A model generated the notes under the pieces. The model searched no databases, was not told the DNA's origin, and saw only the letters and a list, made by a program, of their open reading frames with translations. The position numbers were made by a program, and so were the translations under genes. DNA of 64,000 nucleotides from Chitinophaga pinensis (GTDB lineage: Bacteria; Bacteroidota; Bacteroidia; Chitinophagales; CAIOSU01): positions 331,830 to 395,829 of the forward strand of contig CAMDKI010000004.1 of NCBI GenBank assembly GCA_945901065.1, given 5' to 3'. This document shows, piece after piece, positions 1 through 10,159 of this stretch (the stretch's first letter is position 1; the number at the start of each line of letters is the position of its first letter).

Positions 1-1
1 A

Positions 2-598
2 GACTTGCAAAAAACACCCGTGCACTTCATCAGTGGCTCTGCACACAAATTTCATGGTCCAAAAGGAGTTGGGTTTGTTTTTATCCGCAGCGAAAAGCAA
101 CTATGCCCCTTAATTCACGGTGGTTCGCAAGAACGTAATATGCGCGCTGGCACCGAGAATATTTATGGTATTGTGGGCTTGGCCAAAGCAATGGAGAACT
201 CTTACAACCATATTTTGGAGTATCATAGCTACATAAATGACCTTAAAAGTTATTTGTATACCGAGCTTAAGAATGCTATTCCGGATATTAAGATAAATGG
301 TGTATACGGCGACGAAAGCCTTTACACAGTGCTAAATGTATCGTTTCCAGCAAACGAGAACTCCGATTTTTTGATTTATAATCTCGACATCAACAACATA
401 GCCGCATCGGCAGGTAGTGCTTGCACTTCTGGCTCCGACCAAGGTTCGCACGTGTTGCGCGAGTTGGCTATCGACCCAACCCGCGCCAATGTGCGTTTCT
501 CGTTTAGTCGCCACAACACACACGAGGAGTTAGATTATGTAGTGCAGCATATGAGCAAGTTTTATGGCATTACCCAAGAACAGGGTAGTGGCCATTAA
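2..598 (+). CDS. cysteine desulfurase (IscS/NifS-type, class V aminotransferase), C-terminal part; 5' end outside window
   Basis: The frame is open from the window edge. The translation contains SGSAHKFHGPKGVGF, HGGSQERNMRAGTENI and the active-site Cys loop SAGSACTSG. Confidence 0.8.
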   Translation, partial: DLQKTPVHFISGSAHKFHGPKGVGFVFIRSEKQLCPLIHGGSQERNMRAGTENIYGIVGLAKAMENSYNHILEYHSYINDLKSYLYTELKNAIPDIKINGVYGDESLYTVLNVSFPANENSDFLIYNLDINNIAASAGSACTSGSDQGSHVLRELAIDPTRANVRFSFSRHNTHEELDYVVQHMSKFYGITQEQGSGH

Positions 599-681
599 TA
601 TTTAACATACTTTATTTCATTACCCTTTTGTCATTCATTATCATTGCTTAGAGTTATTAAGCCTTATAACGCACACCTTTT

Positions 682-2751
682 ATGGGTAAAAGAGAGGAAC
701 AAGTAATAAACCGCGAAATCAGTTGGTTGGCATTTAATGAAAGGGTATTGATGGAAGCCGCGGACTCTAGTGTCCCGTTGATAGAGCGGCTGCGATTCTT
801 AGGCATATTCTCGAACAACCAAGATGAGTTCTTTAGGGTTCGCTTTGCTACTATTAAGCGCATTGTGCATTTTGATATCAAAAACAGTGGCATATTGGGC
901 GGCACACCCGTTGAGATATTGCAGCAGATAAGAGATGTAACTCGCAAACACCGTTTCCTTTTCGAAGAAACCTATGCCCAAATACGGAACGAACTAGAAA
1001 AAGAAAACATCTATTTCGTAAACGAAAAAGAACTGACTAAGGATCAAGGAGCGGCGGTTAAGCAGTATTTCGATGATAAGGTAAGGCCAGTTATTACGCC
1101 ACTAATGATTGATCAATTGCATGATTGGCCAGTGTTTAACGAACGGCATATTTATCTAGCGGTAAAAATGACTAATAGCGACCAACCAGCCAAATCAAAA
1201 TATGCGCTAATTGAGGTGCCTACAAACGTGCGAAGCCGTTTCTTTGTATTACCTGAGGTTGATGGTAAAAAGTACATTATGCTGCTGGATGATGTAATAA
1301 GGTACAACCTACGCCAGATTTTCTATTTGTTCGAAATGGACGATTTGAATGCTTACACCATCAAGTTTACTAAGGATGCTGAACTGGATATAGATAACGA
1401 TGTTTCATCGAGCTTTATTGACCAGCTAGCCAAGGGACTTAAGAAGCGACAAGTAGCAACCACGGTAAGGTTTATTTACGATGAAGAGATACCTGCCGAT
1501 TTTCTGGAGTTTTTGCGCGGTAAACTCAACTTATCGGCCGACGATAGCGTGGTGCCCGGTGGACGCTACCATAACTTCAAAGACTTTATAGATTTTCCAG
1601 ATTTAGGCATGAAACACTTGCGCTACAAGCGCATTCAGCCTCTTACCCACAAATATTTAAAGCCATACACCAGCATTATTCAAACCATTGCCAAAAAAGA
1701 TACACTGCTGCACTTGCCATACCAGTCGTTTCACCATGTAACTGATTTTTTGCAAGAGGCCGCTATCGACCCAAAGGTTACCGAAATATATATTACCCTG
1801 TATCGGGTGGCACGTAGCTCGGCAGTAGCCAATGCCTTGATAAATGCCCTGCGCAACGGCAAAAAAGTGACCGTGGTAGTAGAGCTACAAGCCAGGTTTG
1901 ACGAAGAGAATAATATATATTGGGCCAATATGTTGCAAGAAGAGGGAGCAAACTTGATTGCAGGTGTTAAAACGCTTAAGGTGCACTCAAAGATGTTGCT
2001 TGTAAAGCGAAAGGATAAAGGCAAGGAAACACTCTATGCTAACATAGCTACCGGAAACTACAATGAAAACACCGCTAAGCTATATACCGACAAGAGCTTT
2101 TTTACCGCCGACCCACAAATTACCCGCGAAGTAGCCAAGTTGTTTGAGTTTTTCGAGAATAACCTTAAGATTTTCCGCTACAAGCACTTACTGGTATCGC
2201 CGTTCTTTTTAAGGCGGCGGTTGTACGAAATGATTAACAACGAAATAAAACTGGCCAAGCGCGGCAAACCAGGTTTAATTTGGATAAAAGTGAATGGCTT
2301 GATCGACTTTGCGATGATACAGAAGCTTTACGAAGCTAGCAGGGCAGGAGTGAAGATACGGCTTATCGTGCGAGGCGTGTGTGCCCTAATACCAGGTGTA
2401 AAAGGCATGAGCGAAAACATTGAAGCTATAAGCGTGGTTGATAAGTTTTTGGAGCATTCGCGTATATATATATTCGGTAATGACGGTGCACCTAAGCATT
2501 ACATTAGCAGTGCCGATTTGATGACCCGAAACTTGGACCATCGTATAGAGGTGGCTTGTCCTATTTATGACATTACACTGCAGAAAGAATTGCATGACAT
2601 TTTCGACCTACAATGGAAGGACAACACCAAAGCTAGGTTACATAACGGTGCCCAGAGTCATCAATATAAGAAAAAGGGAAGAGGACAAAAGAGCACCCGT
2701 GAGCAGGAAGATATTTACAATTATTTAAAGGCGCGACATACCAGTGGCTAA
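682..2751 (+). CDS. ppk: polyphosphate kinase 1
   Basis: 689-aa ORF with N-terminal REISWLAFNERVL and two PLD-like catalytic modules (KVHSKMLLV, LEHSRIYIFG). It is followed by ppx. Confidence 0.95.
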   Translation: MGKREEQVINREISWLAFNERVLMEAADSSVPLIERLRFLGIFSNNQDEFFRVRFATIKRIVHFDIKNSGILGGTPVEILQQIRDVTRKHRFLFEETYAQIRNELEKENIYFVNEKELTKDQGAAVKQYFDDKVRPVITPLMIDQLHDWPVFNERHIYLAVKMTNSDQPAKSKYALIEVPTNVRSRFFVLPEVDGKKYIMLLDDVIRYNLRQIFYLFEMDDLNAYTIKFTKDAELDIDNDVSSSFIDQLAKGLKKRQVATTVRFIYDEEIPADFLEFLRGKLNLSADDSVVPGGRYHNFKDFIDFPDLGMKHLRYKRIQPLTHKYLKPYTSIIQTIAKKDTLLHLPYQSFHHVTDFLQEAAIDPKVTEIYITLYRVARSSAVANALINALRNGKKVTVVVELQARFDEENNIYWANMLQEEGANLIAGVKTLKVHSKMLLVKRKDKGKETLYANIATGNYNENTAKLYTDKSFFTADPQITREVAKLFEFFENNLKIFRYKHLLVSPFFLRRRLYEMINNEIKLAKRGKPGLIWIKVNGLIDFAMIQKLYEASRAGVKIRLIVRGVCALIPGVKGMSENIEAISVVDKFLEHSRIYIFGNDGAPKHYISSADLMTRNLDHRIEVACPIYDITLQKELHDIFDLQWKDNTKARLHNGAQSHQYKKKGRGQKSTREQEDIYNYLKARHTSG

Positions 2752-2789
2752 CACTTAATCATTATGTTTGCCCACCTATAAACACACGG

Positions 2790-3680
2790 ATGAGATTTGC
2801 AGCAATAGATATAGGATCGAATGCATTGAGGTTGTTAACCATGAACGTGTTTGCGAACAATGGCAACCCGATTTTCAAGAAAGAATCATTGATACGTATA
2901 CCACTTCGCCTTGGTGAAGAGGCTTTTATGGATGGTGTAATATCGGATGCCAAAGTAAAGAAGTTATCGGGTGTAATGCAGGCTTTCAAAAACCTGATGG
3001 ACGCAAACGATGTATTGCAATATCGGGCCTGCGCTACTGCTGCTATGCGTGAGGCCAGCAACGGCCCCGAAATAATTGAAAAAATATTTGCCGAAACCGG
3101 CGTGCAAATTGAAATTGTGGATGGTAGCCGCGAGGCGCAGCTTATATACAGCAATCAGATTGCGGAAACCATGGAAGCCGACAAATACTACCTGTATATT
3201 GATGTTGGCGGCGGCAGCACCGAGATAAGCCTTATTACAGCTGGCAAAATACTATTCTCCCAATCATTTCCCATCGGAACGCTGAAAATATTGAACAATC
3301 AAGTGAATGATGCTGATTGGCAGCCATTAATGAAAGCGCTGAAAGGCTTCCGAAAAGAACATAAGAGTATTACAGGTATTGGCTCTGGTGGCAATATTAA
3401 TAAAATATTCAAGCTATACGGCGACATAGAAAAAGGTACTTTAACTCAAAAGCAATTGGTAGAAGCTTGGACGCACTTGAATGGCTACAGCTATGCCGAG
3501 CGTGTAACCGTGCTGGGCCTGAAACCCGACCGCGCAGATGTGATTCTACCTGCTACCGAAATATTCTTGTTTATCTCGCGCCATGCGGGTATTAAAAACT
3601 TCCTGGTACCTAAAATTGGATTGTCGGATGGTATTATACACCAGTTGTTTGCAGAGTACCAAACGGCATTGGTTAAGTAG
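2790..3680 (+). CDS. ppx: exopolyphosphatase, Ppx/GppA family (short form)
   Basis: 296 aa with ASKHA-fold phosphate motifs AIDIGSNALRLL and DVGGGSTE. It lies adjacent to ppk. Confidence 0.85.
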   Translation: MRFAAIDIGSNALRLLTMNVFANNGNPIFKKESLIRIPLRLGEEAFMDGVISDAKVKKLSGVMQAFKNLMDANDVLQYRACATAAMREASNGPEIIEKIFAETGVQIEIVDGSREAQLIYSNQIAETMEADKYYLYIDVGGGSTEISLITAGKILFSQSFPIGTLKILNNQVNDADWQPLMKALKGFRKEHKSITGIGSGGNINKIFKLYGDIEKGTLTQKQLVEAWTHLNGYSYAERVTVLGLKPDRADVILPATEIFLFISRHAGIKNFLVPKIGLSDGIIHQLFAEYQTALVK

Positions 3681-3733
3681 GTGTGTTGTTTAATTTATCA
3701 ATGGTTAGAACCCTGATTTTACCTGATTAGCGT

Positions 3734-3781
3734 GATTTGAAAAGGATTTTTACCGCAGTATGTAAAAAATCCTTTCTCAAT
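3734..3781 (+). terminator. long AT-rich hairpin downstream of ppx
   Basis: The arms gatttgaaaaggattttt (3734-3751) and aaaaatcctttctcaatc (3764-3781) are about 16/18 complementary around a 12-nt loop. The outer flanks carry further GATT / AATC words in inverted order. Confidence 0.45.
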
Positions 3782-3864
3782 CTTGTCATCCTTTTCCAAA
3801 TCAAGGTTCAAACACTTACCAATTAACCAATCTCCGCCCTTTTGCAAAACCCCTCAAAAACGGC

Positions 3865-3872
3865 TACTTTTG
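3865..3872 (+). promoter_or_regulatory. candidate Bacteroidota sigma-A -7 box TACTTTTG upstream of the E2 gene
   Basis: Exact match to TAnnTTTG, 60 nt upstream of the ATG at 3932. Confidence 0.35.
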
Positions 3873-3931
3873 CAATAGCTGCCATGCGAGGCAGTTGCTA
3901 TAATGTTACCCGCAAATAAAAACTATACGCG

Positions 3932-5257
3932 ATGCCAATTGTAGAGCTGATAATGCCGAAAATGGGAGAGAGTATCATGGAAGCAACCATCTTAAAATGG
4001 TTGAAGAAAGAAGGCGATACCGTAGAGGCTGATGAATCGGTGCTGGAAATTGCGACCGATAAAGTTGACTCTGAAGTACCTGCCAGCCTAGGTGGTGTAA
4101 TAACCAAAATACTGTTTAACGAAGGCGATGTGGTAGCCGTTGGCAAAGCTGTAGCCCTTATTGATACTACAGGTAATAGTAGTGTCCCGCAACCTGCCCC
4201 AGCCACCGAGGCCAAAGCACCAGCACAAGCAGAACCTGCAATTGCGGCAAAAGTAGCAGAGCCAGTATTGGCACAAACGCAAGAATATAGCAGCAATGGC
4301 AGCGATAGGTTTTACTCTCCTTTGGTAATGAGCATTGCCCGCGAAGAGAAAATATCAATGTCGGAGCTTGAAAAAGTACCTGGCAGTGGTAAAGACCAAC
4401 GTGTAACTAAAGCCGATATATTGGCTTATGTGCAAAACCGTGGTAGTCAACCGGCCGCCGCACTTGCAACTCAGCCTGTTGTGCAATCTGCGCCAGCCGC
4501 TCAGCCAGAAGCAATTAAAGCCACTGCAGCACCCATATCGGTTAGTGGCAATGTAGAAATAGTGGAGATGGACCGCATGCGCAAGTTAATTGCCGACCAC
4601 ATGGTGCGTTCTAAACATACATCGCCCCACGTTACCTCTTTTGTTGAAGCCGATGTTACTGAGTTGGTATTGTGGCGCAATAAAGTAAAAGATGGTTTCC
4701 AGAAACGTGAAGGGGAAAAAATTACCTTTACTCCAATATTTATTGAGGCGGTGGCTAAAGCACTTAAAGAGTTTCCGTATGTGAACTCATCTGTTGATGG
4801 TACCAAGATTATTGTTCGCAAAGACCTAAATATTGGTATGGCCACTGCATTGCCATCGGGTAACTTGATTGTGCCGGTAATTAAAGGAGCAGACCAATTG
4901 AGCCTTACGGGCATCACCAAGCAAGTAAACCGCTTAGCTGATACCGCACGCAAAGGAAAATTGAAGCCTGAGGATATTGAAGGTGGAACGTTTACCATCA
5001 GTAACGTAGGTACTTTTGGCAACTTGATGGGCACGCCTATTATTAATCAACCACAAGTGGCTATATTGGCAACAGGTGTGGTTAAGAAGAAGCCTGTAGT
5101 GCTCGAAACCCCGTCGGGCGACGTGATAGCCATTCGCCACATGATGTTCCTATCCTTGTCTTATGATCACCGTATAGTTGATGGTGCTATGGGTGGAAGC
5201 TTTTTGCGTAGGATTGCTGATTTGTTAGAGCAATTTGATGGTTCAAGAGAAATTTAA
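3932..5257 (+). CDS. 2-oxoacid dehydrogenase complex E2 component (dihydrolipoamide acyltransferase)
   Basis: 441 aa. It has a lipoyl domain (EIATDKVDSEVP), Ala/Pro-rich linkers, a subunit-binding domain (FYSPLVMSIAREE) and the catalytic SYDHRIVDG motif. No E1 or E3 gene is adjacent. Confidence 0.9.
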   Translation: MPIVELIMPKMGESIMEATILKWLKKEGDTVEADESVLEIATDKVDSEVPASLGGVITKILFNEGDVVAVGKAVALIDTTGNSSVPQPAPATEAKAPAQAEPAIAAKVAEPVLAQTQEYSSNGSDRFYSPLVMSIAREEKISMSELEKVPGSGKDQRVTKADILAYVQNRGSQPAAALATQPVVQSAPAAQPEAIKATAAPISVSGNVEIVEMDRMRKLIADHMVRSKHTSPHVTSFVEADVTELVLWRNKVKDGFQKREGEKITFTPIFIEAVAKALKEFPYVNSSVDGTKIIVRKDLNIGMATALPSGNLIVPVIKGADQLSLTGITKQVNRLADTARKGKLKPEDIEGGTFTISNVGTFGNLMGTPIINQPQVAILATGVVKKKPVVLETPSGDVIAIRHMMFLSLSYDHRIVDGAMGGSFLRRIADLLEQFDGSREI

Positions 5258-5323
5258 CTAATCTAATATATACCAGAAGCACCCCGTTAACCGTTGAATA
5301 TCATAAGTATCTGCTTATTGCTT

Positions 5324-5331
5324 TAATTTTG
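5324..5331 (+). promoter_or_regulatory. candidate -7 box TAATTTTG
   Basis: Exact TAnnTTTG match, 25 nt upstream of the ATG at 5357. Confidence 0.35.
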
Positions 5332-5356
5332 CAGGCTGTTAAATTGCCCCTTTTTA

Positions 5357-7210
5357 ATGCATACTCGCTTTCTTAGTCTATTCGGTCTTCATTTGCTATT
5401 TCAGCTTCTTTTTTTCTCGGCTACGGCACAAGAGAAGAAAGGCTGTATTGTAGGCGATTGCCAAAACGGCAAAGGCACTTATGTTTTTGAAGACGGTAAC
5501 AAATTTGAAGGTGCCTTCTTGAACAGCCAACCTCAAAATGGTACTTTGTTTCTATCCAATGGCGAGAAATATGTGGGTAGTTTAATTGATGGACAGCCAA
5601 ACGGAACAGGCACCTATACTTGGCCTTCAGGGCAGAAATACGAAGGTCACTTTAGTTATGGTAAAAAAACAGGCCCAGGAAAATATCTTTTCCCTACTGG
5701 CGATGTGTATGAGGGCAATCTTTTAAATGGCGCATTTCATGGTATAGGCATATACACTTGGCTTAATGGCGAACGCTACCAAGGCGAATATCAGAACAAT
5801 GTGAAGCATGGAATGGGCAATATGCGTTTTAGCACAGGCGACGTGTACGAAGGTGAGTACGATAACGGGGTAAGAAAAGGAATGGGTACGATGTACTATA
5901 CTACTGGCGATACAGCAACCGGGCGCTGGGATACCGCTGCTTGCAATTGTGTAATGCGCTATAAAAACGGAGATAAGTATACAGGATTGATAGGTGGCGG
6001 TTTTAGAGAAGAGCATGGTATATTGTACCTTGCCAGTGGTGATGAAATTGAAGGTGTATGGGCAGGCGATATGTTAGAGAAAGGTATAATTAGATATGCC
6101 AATGGAAATGTTTTTAAAGGCGGTATCTCAGAGTCGCTATACCCAGAAGGTGCTGGGTTGATGGAATTGCGTTACGGTGCAAAGGCTAAGGGCGATTTTT
6201 ATATGCTCGGCGGGAGCGGGGTAATTGAATATGAAAATGGAGATGTGTATTCTGGCAATTGGAATGCTAACATTATGCCTAGTGGCAAAGGCACCATGGA
6301 ATACATTAATGGCGATAAGTACGAAGGCGACTGGTTGCTGGGCATGCAACATGGGCTGGGTAAACTCACTTATAAAAATGGTGAAATACGCGCTGGCCGC
6401 TGGGCAGAGGGCCGAGCAGTAAGTGAAGCACCCATATTGGAGGCTGATGTGCTTTTGGCTGAAGAGTTGTACCAAAAAGCGATAACAAAGTGGAATGGTA
6501 AAGACAGGCAAGGAGCTTTGAGCTTGCTAAACGAAGCCATACTTAAAAACCCCTCCTTTGCCGATGCCTTTGCATATAGGGGCAAATTGAAGGTGGAAAT
6601 GCAAAACAATCAAGGTGCTATTGACGATTACCTTGCAGCCCTTAAGATAAAACCTGACTGGCCGGAGGTGGAGTATGAATTAGGGAATATCTATTATAAC
6701 CAAGGCCAATTGCCCAGTGCGCTTACTCAATTTAGAAGCATAATTAATTTATTGCCATCTAAGCCTGATGGGTACCTGTATGCCGGTATAGTGAGCTACG
6801 ACCTGATACAGTATGACGAGGCTTTGAAGTATTACAATAAAGCCATCGACCTTGGCCCAGCGGCTCCATTGGCCTATTATTATCGTGGTGAGTTGCATGC
6901 CAGCCAAGGCCATTTAGAGGCGGCATTGACGGATTTTAACCAGTGCATTGCCCTCGACCCCAACAACACGGAGGCTTATTTAGAGCGAGCATTGGTTTAT
7001 GTTAAGCAGCATGAGTATAATAAGGCAATGAGTGAGTATAACATTATTATCAATAGCTTTCCAGAAGCTGGAGTAACTTACAAGCATAGGGGCGACCTTT
7101 ACCTTTTACAAGGTGAGCAATTGCAGGCTTGTGCCGATTGGCAGAAAGCTAAAAGCTTGGGTATTGAGGGTTTGGAAGCATTAATTAAAAAGAACTGCGG
7201 TAATGAGTAA
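5357..7210 (+). CDS. secreted MORN-repeat / TPR-repeat protein
   Basis: 617 aa. It has an N-terminal signal peptide (LLFFSATAQE), more than 10 YxGxxxxGxxxGxG MORN-type repeats, and C-terminal TPR repeats. Confidence 0.8.
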   Translation: MHTRFLSLFGLHLLFQLLFFSATAQEKKGCIVGDCQNGKGTYVFEDGNKFEGAFLNSQPQNGTLFLSNGEKYVGSLIDGQPNGTGTYTWPSGQKYEGHFSYGKKTGPGKYLFPTGDVYEGNLLNGAFHGIGIYTWLNGERYQGEYQNNVKHGMGNMRFSTGDVYEGEYDNGVRKGMGTMYYTTGDTATGRWDTAACNCVMRYKNGDKYTGLIGGGFREEHGILYLASGDEIEGVWAGDMLEKGIIRYANGNVFKGGISESLYPEGAGLMELRYGAKAKGDFYMLGGSGVIEYENGDVYSGNWNANIMPSGKGTMEYINGDKYEGDWLLGMQHGLGKLTYKNGEIRAGRWAEGRAVSEAPILEADVLLAEELYQKAITKWNGKDRQGALSLLNEAILKNPSFADAFAYRGKLKVEMQNNQGAIDDYLAALKIKPDWPEVEYELGNIYYNQGQLPSALTQFRSIINLLPSKPDGYLYAGIVSYDLIQYDEALKYYNKAIDLGPAAPLAYYYRGELHASQGHLEAALTDFNQCIALDPNNTEAYLERALVYVKQHEYNKAMSEYNIIINSFPEAGVTYKHRGDLYLLQGEQLQACADWQKAKSLGIEGLEALIKKNCGNE

Positions 7211-7625
7211 GATAAAAACCATAAGCCTTTACCTACTGGGCATACTTTTGATACTAGCCGGTATCAACCATTTCATAATGGCAGAGGAGGTTTACCTGAA
7301 AATTATGCCCCCATACTTGGGTTGGCACAAAGAATTGGTTTTTTTGAGCGGTCTCATCGAAATAGGCCTCGGTGTGTTGCTTTTGTTACCCCAATACAGA
7401 AAAATTGCTGCATGGGGTGTAATACTGCTGCTTATTGCCGTTTTTCCGGCTAATATTTATTTGGCACAAACCAATGGTGCTGTGTTAGGGGTTTCGCCAT
7501 TGGTAGCGTGGGGCAGAATACCTTTGCAGGTATTATTTTTATTGTGGGCTTGGTGGTTTACTAAAGATGAAAAAGGGAATAAAAGCAGTGCAAAAAGCCA
7601 AACCAAAACCAGAAAGCGCCGATAA
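7203..7625 (+). CDS. DoxX-like small membrane protein
   Basis: 140 aa with four hydrophobic helices. Its ATG overlaps the upstream stop codon (ATGAGTAA). Confidence 0.6.
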   Translation: MSKIKTISLYLLGILLILAGINHFIMAEEVYLKIMPPYLGWHKELVFLSGLIEIGLGVLLLLPQYRKIAAWGVILLLIAVFPANIYLAQTNGAVLGVSPLVAWGRIPLQVLFLLWAWWFTKDEKGNKSSAKSQTKTRKRR

Positions 7626-7971
7626 TTATTTCGAGCTAATAACAGATGCCGAATTGCTTGAGCTGGCTTTGGCATTAAGATACCTCATAAAACGCACACT
7701 TCCTGGTGTTAGCGAATGCGTAAAGTGGGATTTGCCTTTCTACACTTATCATGGCAATCTATGCTACATCAATATGCGAAAAGGTCATTTAGAGTTGGGC
7801 TTTTATCGGGGGATACACTTATCTAATAGCAGTGGGCTATTGCAAGGTAATGGAAAACTTATTAGGCACATTATATTGCACCCGAGTAACGACCTTCCTC
7901 AAGCCAGAATCGTAGAAACTTTACTTGAAGCAAGTAAGGTTAACGAAAACGGGCCTCTCAGACTGAAATAA
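7567..7971 (+). CDS. DUF1801 (YdhG-like) domain protein
   Basis: The segment WDLPFYTYHGNLCYINMRKGHLELGF is typical of the family. A 59-nt overlap with the upstream ORF makes the start uncertain. Confidence 0.6.
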   Translation: MKKGIKAVQKAKPKPESADNYFELITDAELLELALALRYLIKRTLPGVSECVKWDLPFYTYHGNLCYINMRKGHLELGFYRGIHLSNSSGLLQGNGKLIRHIILHPSNDLPQARIVETLLEASKVNENGPLRLK

Positions 7972-8049
7972 AAACCACGTTTTTTTGCCAAACATCAAAC
8001 AACTTCAGTTAATGGCAAATTGGTTGTAGTAATTTTGCACGAAGCTTGA

Positions 8050-9342
8050 TTAATTTCTGGGCAGTGCAACGGGGTTGGCAACGTGGTCAATGGTAGGTTG
8101 CTCATAAATAATAAGGCTGCCCCGTTCGGTTTTGTTACCCCAAACTTCAATCCCCTCCCAGTTTTGGTTACAAAGGTTTGTAAGGTGCGCGCCATCTAAT
8201 ATTAGAGTGCCTTTGGGTTTGATAATGATTTTAGCGCCTTTTGGCAACGAAACCCTACACTTGATGGTCAACGTGGCACCGTTCTGAATGATTATATCCC
8301 CCTCCAAATCCTTAGCACCGCTCCATACTTCGGCAGAGGACGTAATTGCCATACTGGCTTCTTTTTTATACTCACACCAAACAGGCACCAAGTATTTGCG
8401 CTGTCCCCTGCCCAATGTAGAAAAGTTGAAATGGATAATACCCAACTGGCAAGGGGTAAACGAGTTTTGGCGATTGTTGTAGTCCATTACATTGTTGGAG
8501 TATATGCCATCTGGGCATTTTTCTGAATTTCGGTCCCAACAATTGGGGTTATCCGGTGTATCATCGCAATTGTCGCCAGCCCATGTATGAATTAGCCCAA
8601 ACGAGTGCCCTGTTTCGTGCAAAATAATACCCATCCTATGCCCAGTTACCTCTTTGGTTCCATCGGGCAATATCTTGGTTTCCAAAAACTGCTTTGCCCC
8701 AACTACCTTCACCCAATTGGTAAACCCAGTGCCTGTTGATTTAGCTGAGTATGTAGGAGATTTAATGCTATCTGGGTGATGCTCTTGCATGACCATCGTT
8801 AACACCTCATCCTTATGCTTAGCATATTTTTCGTAAGCGCGCTTGTCATAAGAACCATTAACACCGCTCTTAATATCGAAGTAGGCCAACAAACTGTCCG
8901 TAGCAAAGTCTATTCCAATGTCGTCTATATTGGCAGGGTCGTGGTGCAATTCAAACCTATAGCTAGTGGGTAGGGCAGGGGTTTCATTGCCAACAGGCAG
9001 CGTCATTGGGGCATTTACGCTTAGGCGTTCATTTACAAGTTCCAGCAATCGCTTTACGTATGCTGGCGCTTCCTCTTCCGATAAGGTGTTTGGGTCGTTG
9101 GCAATGCCCTGCATGATCAAAAAACGAGCCCTTATATAACGCATCGGTGTGTGCTCTGGGTAATATTGGCTAGGTGCGTAGTTTATGGTTTGGTTACACA
9201 GGTTAGTTTTAGAGGTTTCAATAGGCTCTAAATAAACAGCTTCGGGGCCACTTATAAATGCCTGCCAGGTTTTCGGAGAGCAAGCTATCATAAACATTAA
9301 CCCAAACAAGGCAACCGTTAGAAGTTTTTTATCAGCTTTCAT
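8050..9342 (-). CDS. metzincin zinc metalloprotease lipoprotein (M43/pappalysin-like) with C-terminal beta-helix-like domain
   Basis: The HETGHSFGLIH segment matches HExxHxxGxxH. A Cys-rich DNCDDTPDNPNCW segment follows. The start is taken at MKADKK (9342), which gives a lipoprotein signal ...MIACS; the longest ORF reaches 9375. Confidence 0.75.
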   Translation of the reverse strand: MKADKKLLTVALFGLMFMIACSPKTWQAFISGPEAVYLEPIETSKTNLCNQTINYAPSQYYPEHTPMRYIRARFLIMQGIANDPNTLSEEEAPAYVKRLLELVNERLSVNAPMTLPVGNETPALPTSYRFELHHDPANIDDIGIDFATDSLLAYFDIKSGVNGSYDKRAYEKYAKHKDEVLTMVMQEHHPDSIKSPTYSAKSTGTGFTNWVKVVGAKQFLETKILPDGTKEVTGHRMGIILHETGHSFGLIHTWAGDNCDDTPDNPNCWDRNSEKCPDGIYSNNVMDYNNRQNSFTPCQLGIIHFNFSTLGRGQRKYLVPVWCEYKKEASMAITSSAEVWSGAKDLEGDIIIQNGATLTIKCRVSLPKGAKIIIKPKGTLILDGAHLTNLCNQNWEGIEVWGNKTERGSLIIYEQPTIDHVANPVALPRN

Positions 9343-9396
9343 CAGTATCGTACGAAATATTAGTAAATTTACCACGCTTTAAAACAGCATTAAACC

Positions 9397-9954
9397 ATGA
9401 AATACTACTTAGCATTATCACTTGCCCTATTTCTTGTATCATGCGGCGCCAATCGCGAACAATCTTTGCAAGATATTAAACAGGCAGAAAACAATTTGTA
9501 TGCCAATGATGGAGCTTTTCTTTTCAACGATTCGTTAGCCAATATCACCCTTGAGGCTTACCTAGATTTTGTGAGTAGCTTTCCTAAAGATAGCCTATCA
9601 GCCGATTATTTATTCAAGGCAGCCGATTTATACCGCGCCAAACATGAGTTTGATAAAGCCATAGCCACATTCGACCGCGTAGCTAAAGATTACCCAGACT
9701 ACGAAAAAGTACCGCAAACGGTATTTTTGCAAGGCTTCATTTACGAAAATGATTTGAAGGATTTACCAAAAGCAAAAGAACGCTACGAATACTTTATTCA
9801 GCAATATCCGCAGCACCAATTGGCCCGCGATGTGCAGTTTTCCTTGAACAACCTTGGCAAAACGCCTGAGCAAATCATCCAAGAATTCCAACAAAACCAA
9901 ATGTTACAAGATAGTCTGAGTAGCTTGGTTGACAGCACTAGTGCTGCTAAATAA
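9397..9954 (+). CDS. TPR-like (YbgF-like) lipoprotein
   Basis: 185 aa with lipobox LFLVSC and TPR-type helical repeats (YLFKAADLYRAKHEFDKAIATFDRV...). Confidence 0.7.
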   Translation: MKYYLALSLALFLVSCGANREQSLQDIKQAENNLYANDGAFLFNDSLANITLEAYLDFVSSFPKDSLSADYLFKAADLYRAKHEFDKAIATFDRVAKDYPDYEKVPQTVFLQGFIYENDLKDLPKAKERYEYFIQQYPQHQLARDVQFSLNNLGKTPEQIIQEFQQNQMLQDSLSSLVDSTSAAK

Positions 9955-9975
9955 TAGCTCAATGTAAGAACATCG

Positions 9976-10015
9976 AAAAAGCCTCATGTCGGAAACGATT
10001 TGAGGCTTTCTTTTT
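9976..10015 (+). terminator. intrinsic terminator
   Basis: The stem aaaaagcctca / tgaggcttt is followed by cttttt, directly after the stop at 9954. Confidence 0.6.
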
Positions 10016-10159
10016 GGGCATATTTAGCAATGCAATATGCCGGCAAATTACACCCTTGAATGCACCGCAAAAATTGCCGCATATTAAAGATGCGTTAAGA
10101 AGTGGCTAAATAGTAGCGTTTATGCTGAACACTATTTACATTTAGATGGTTGTAAGTTT

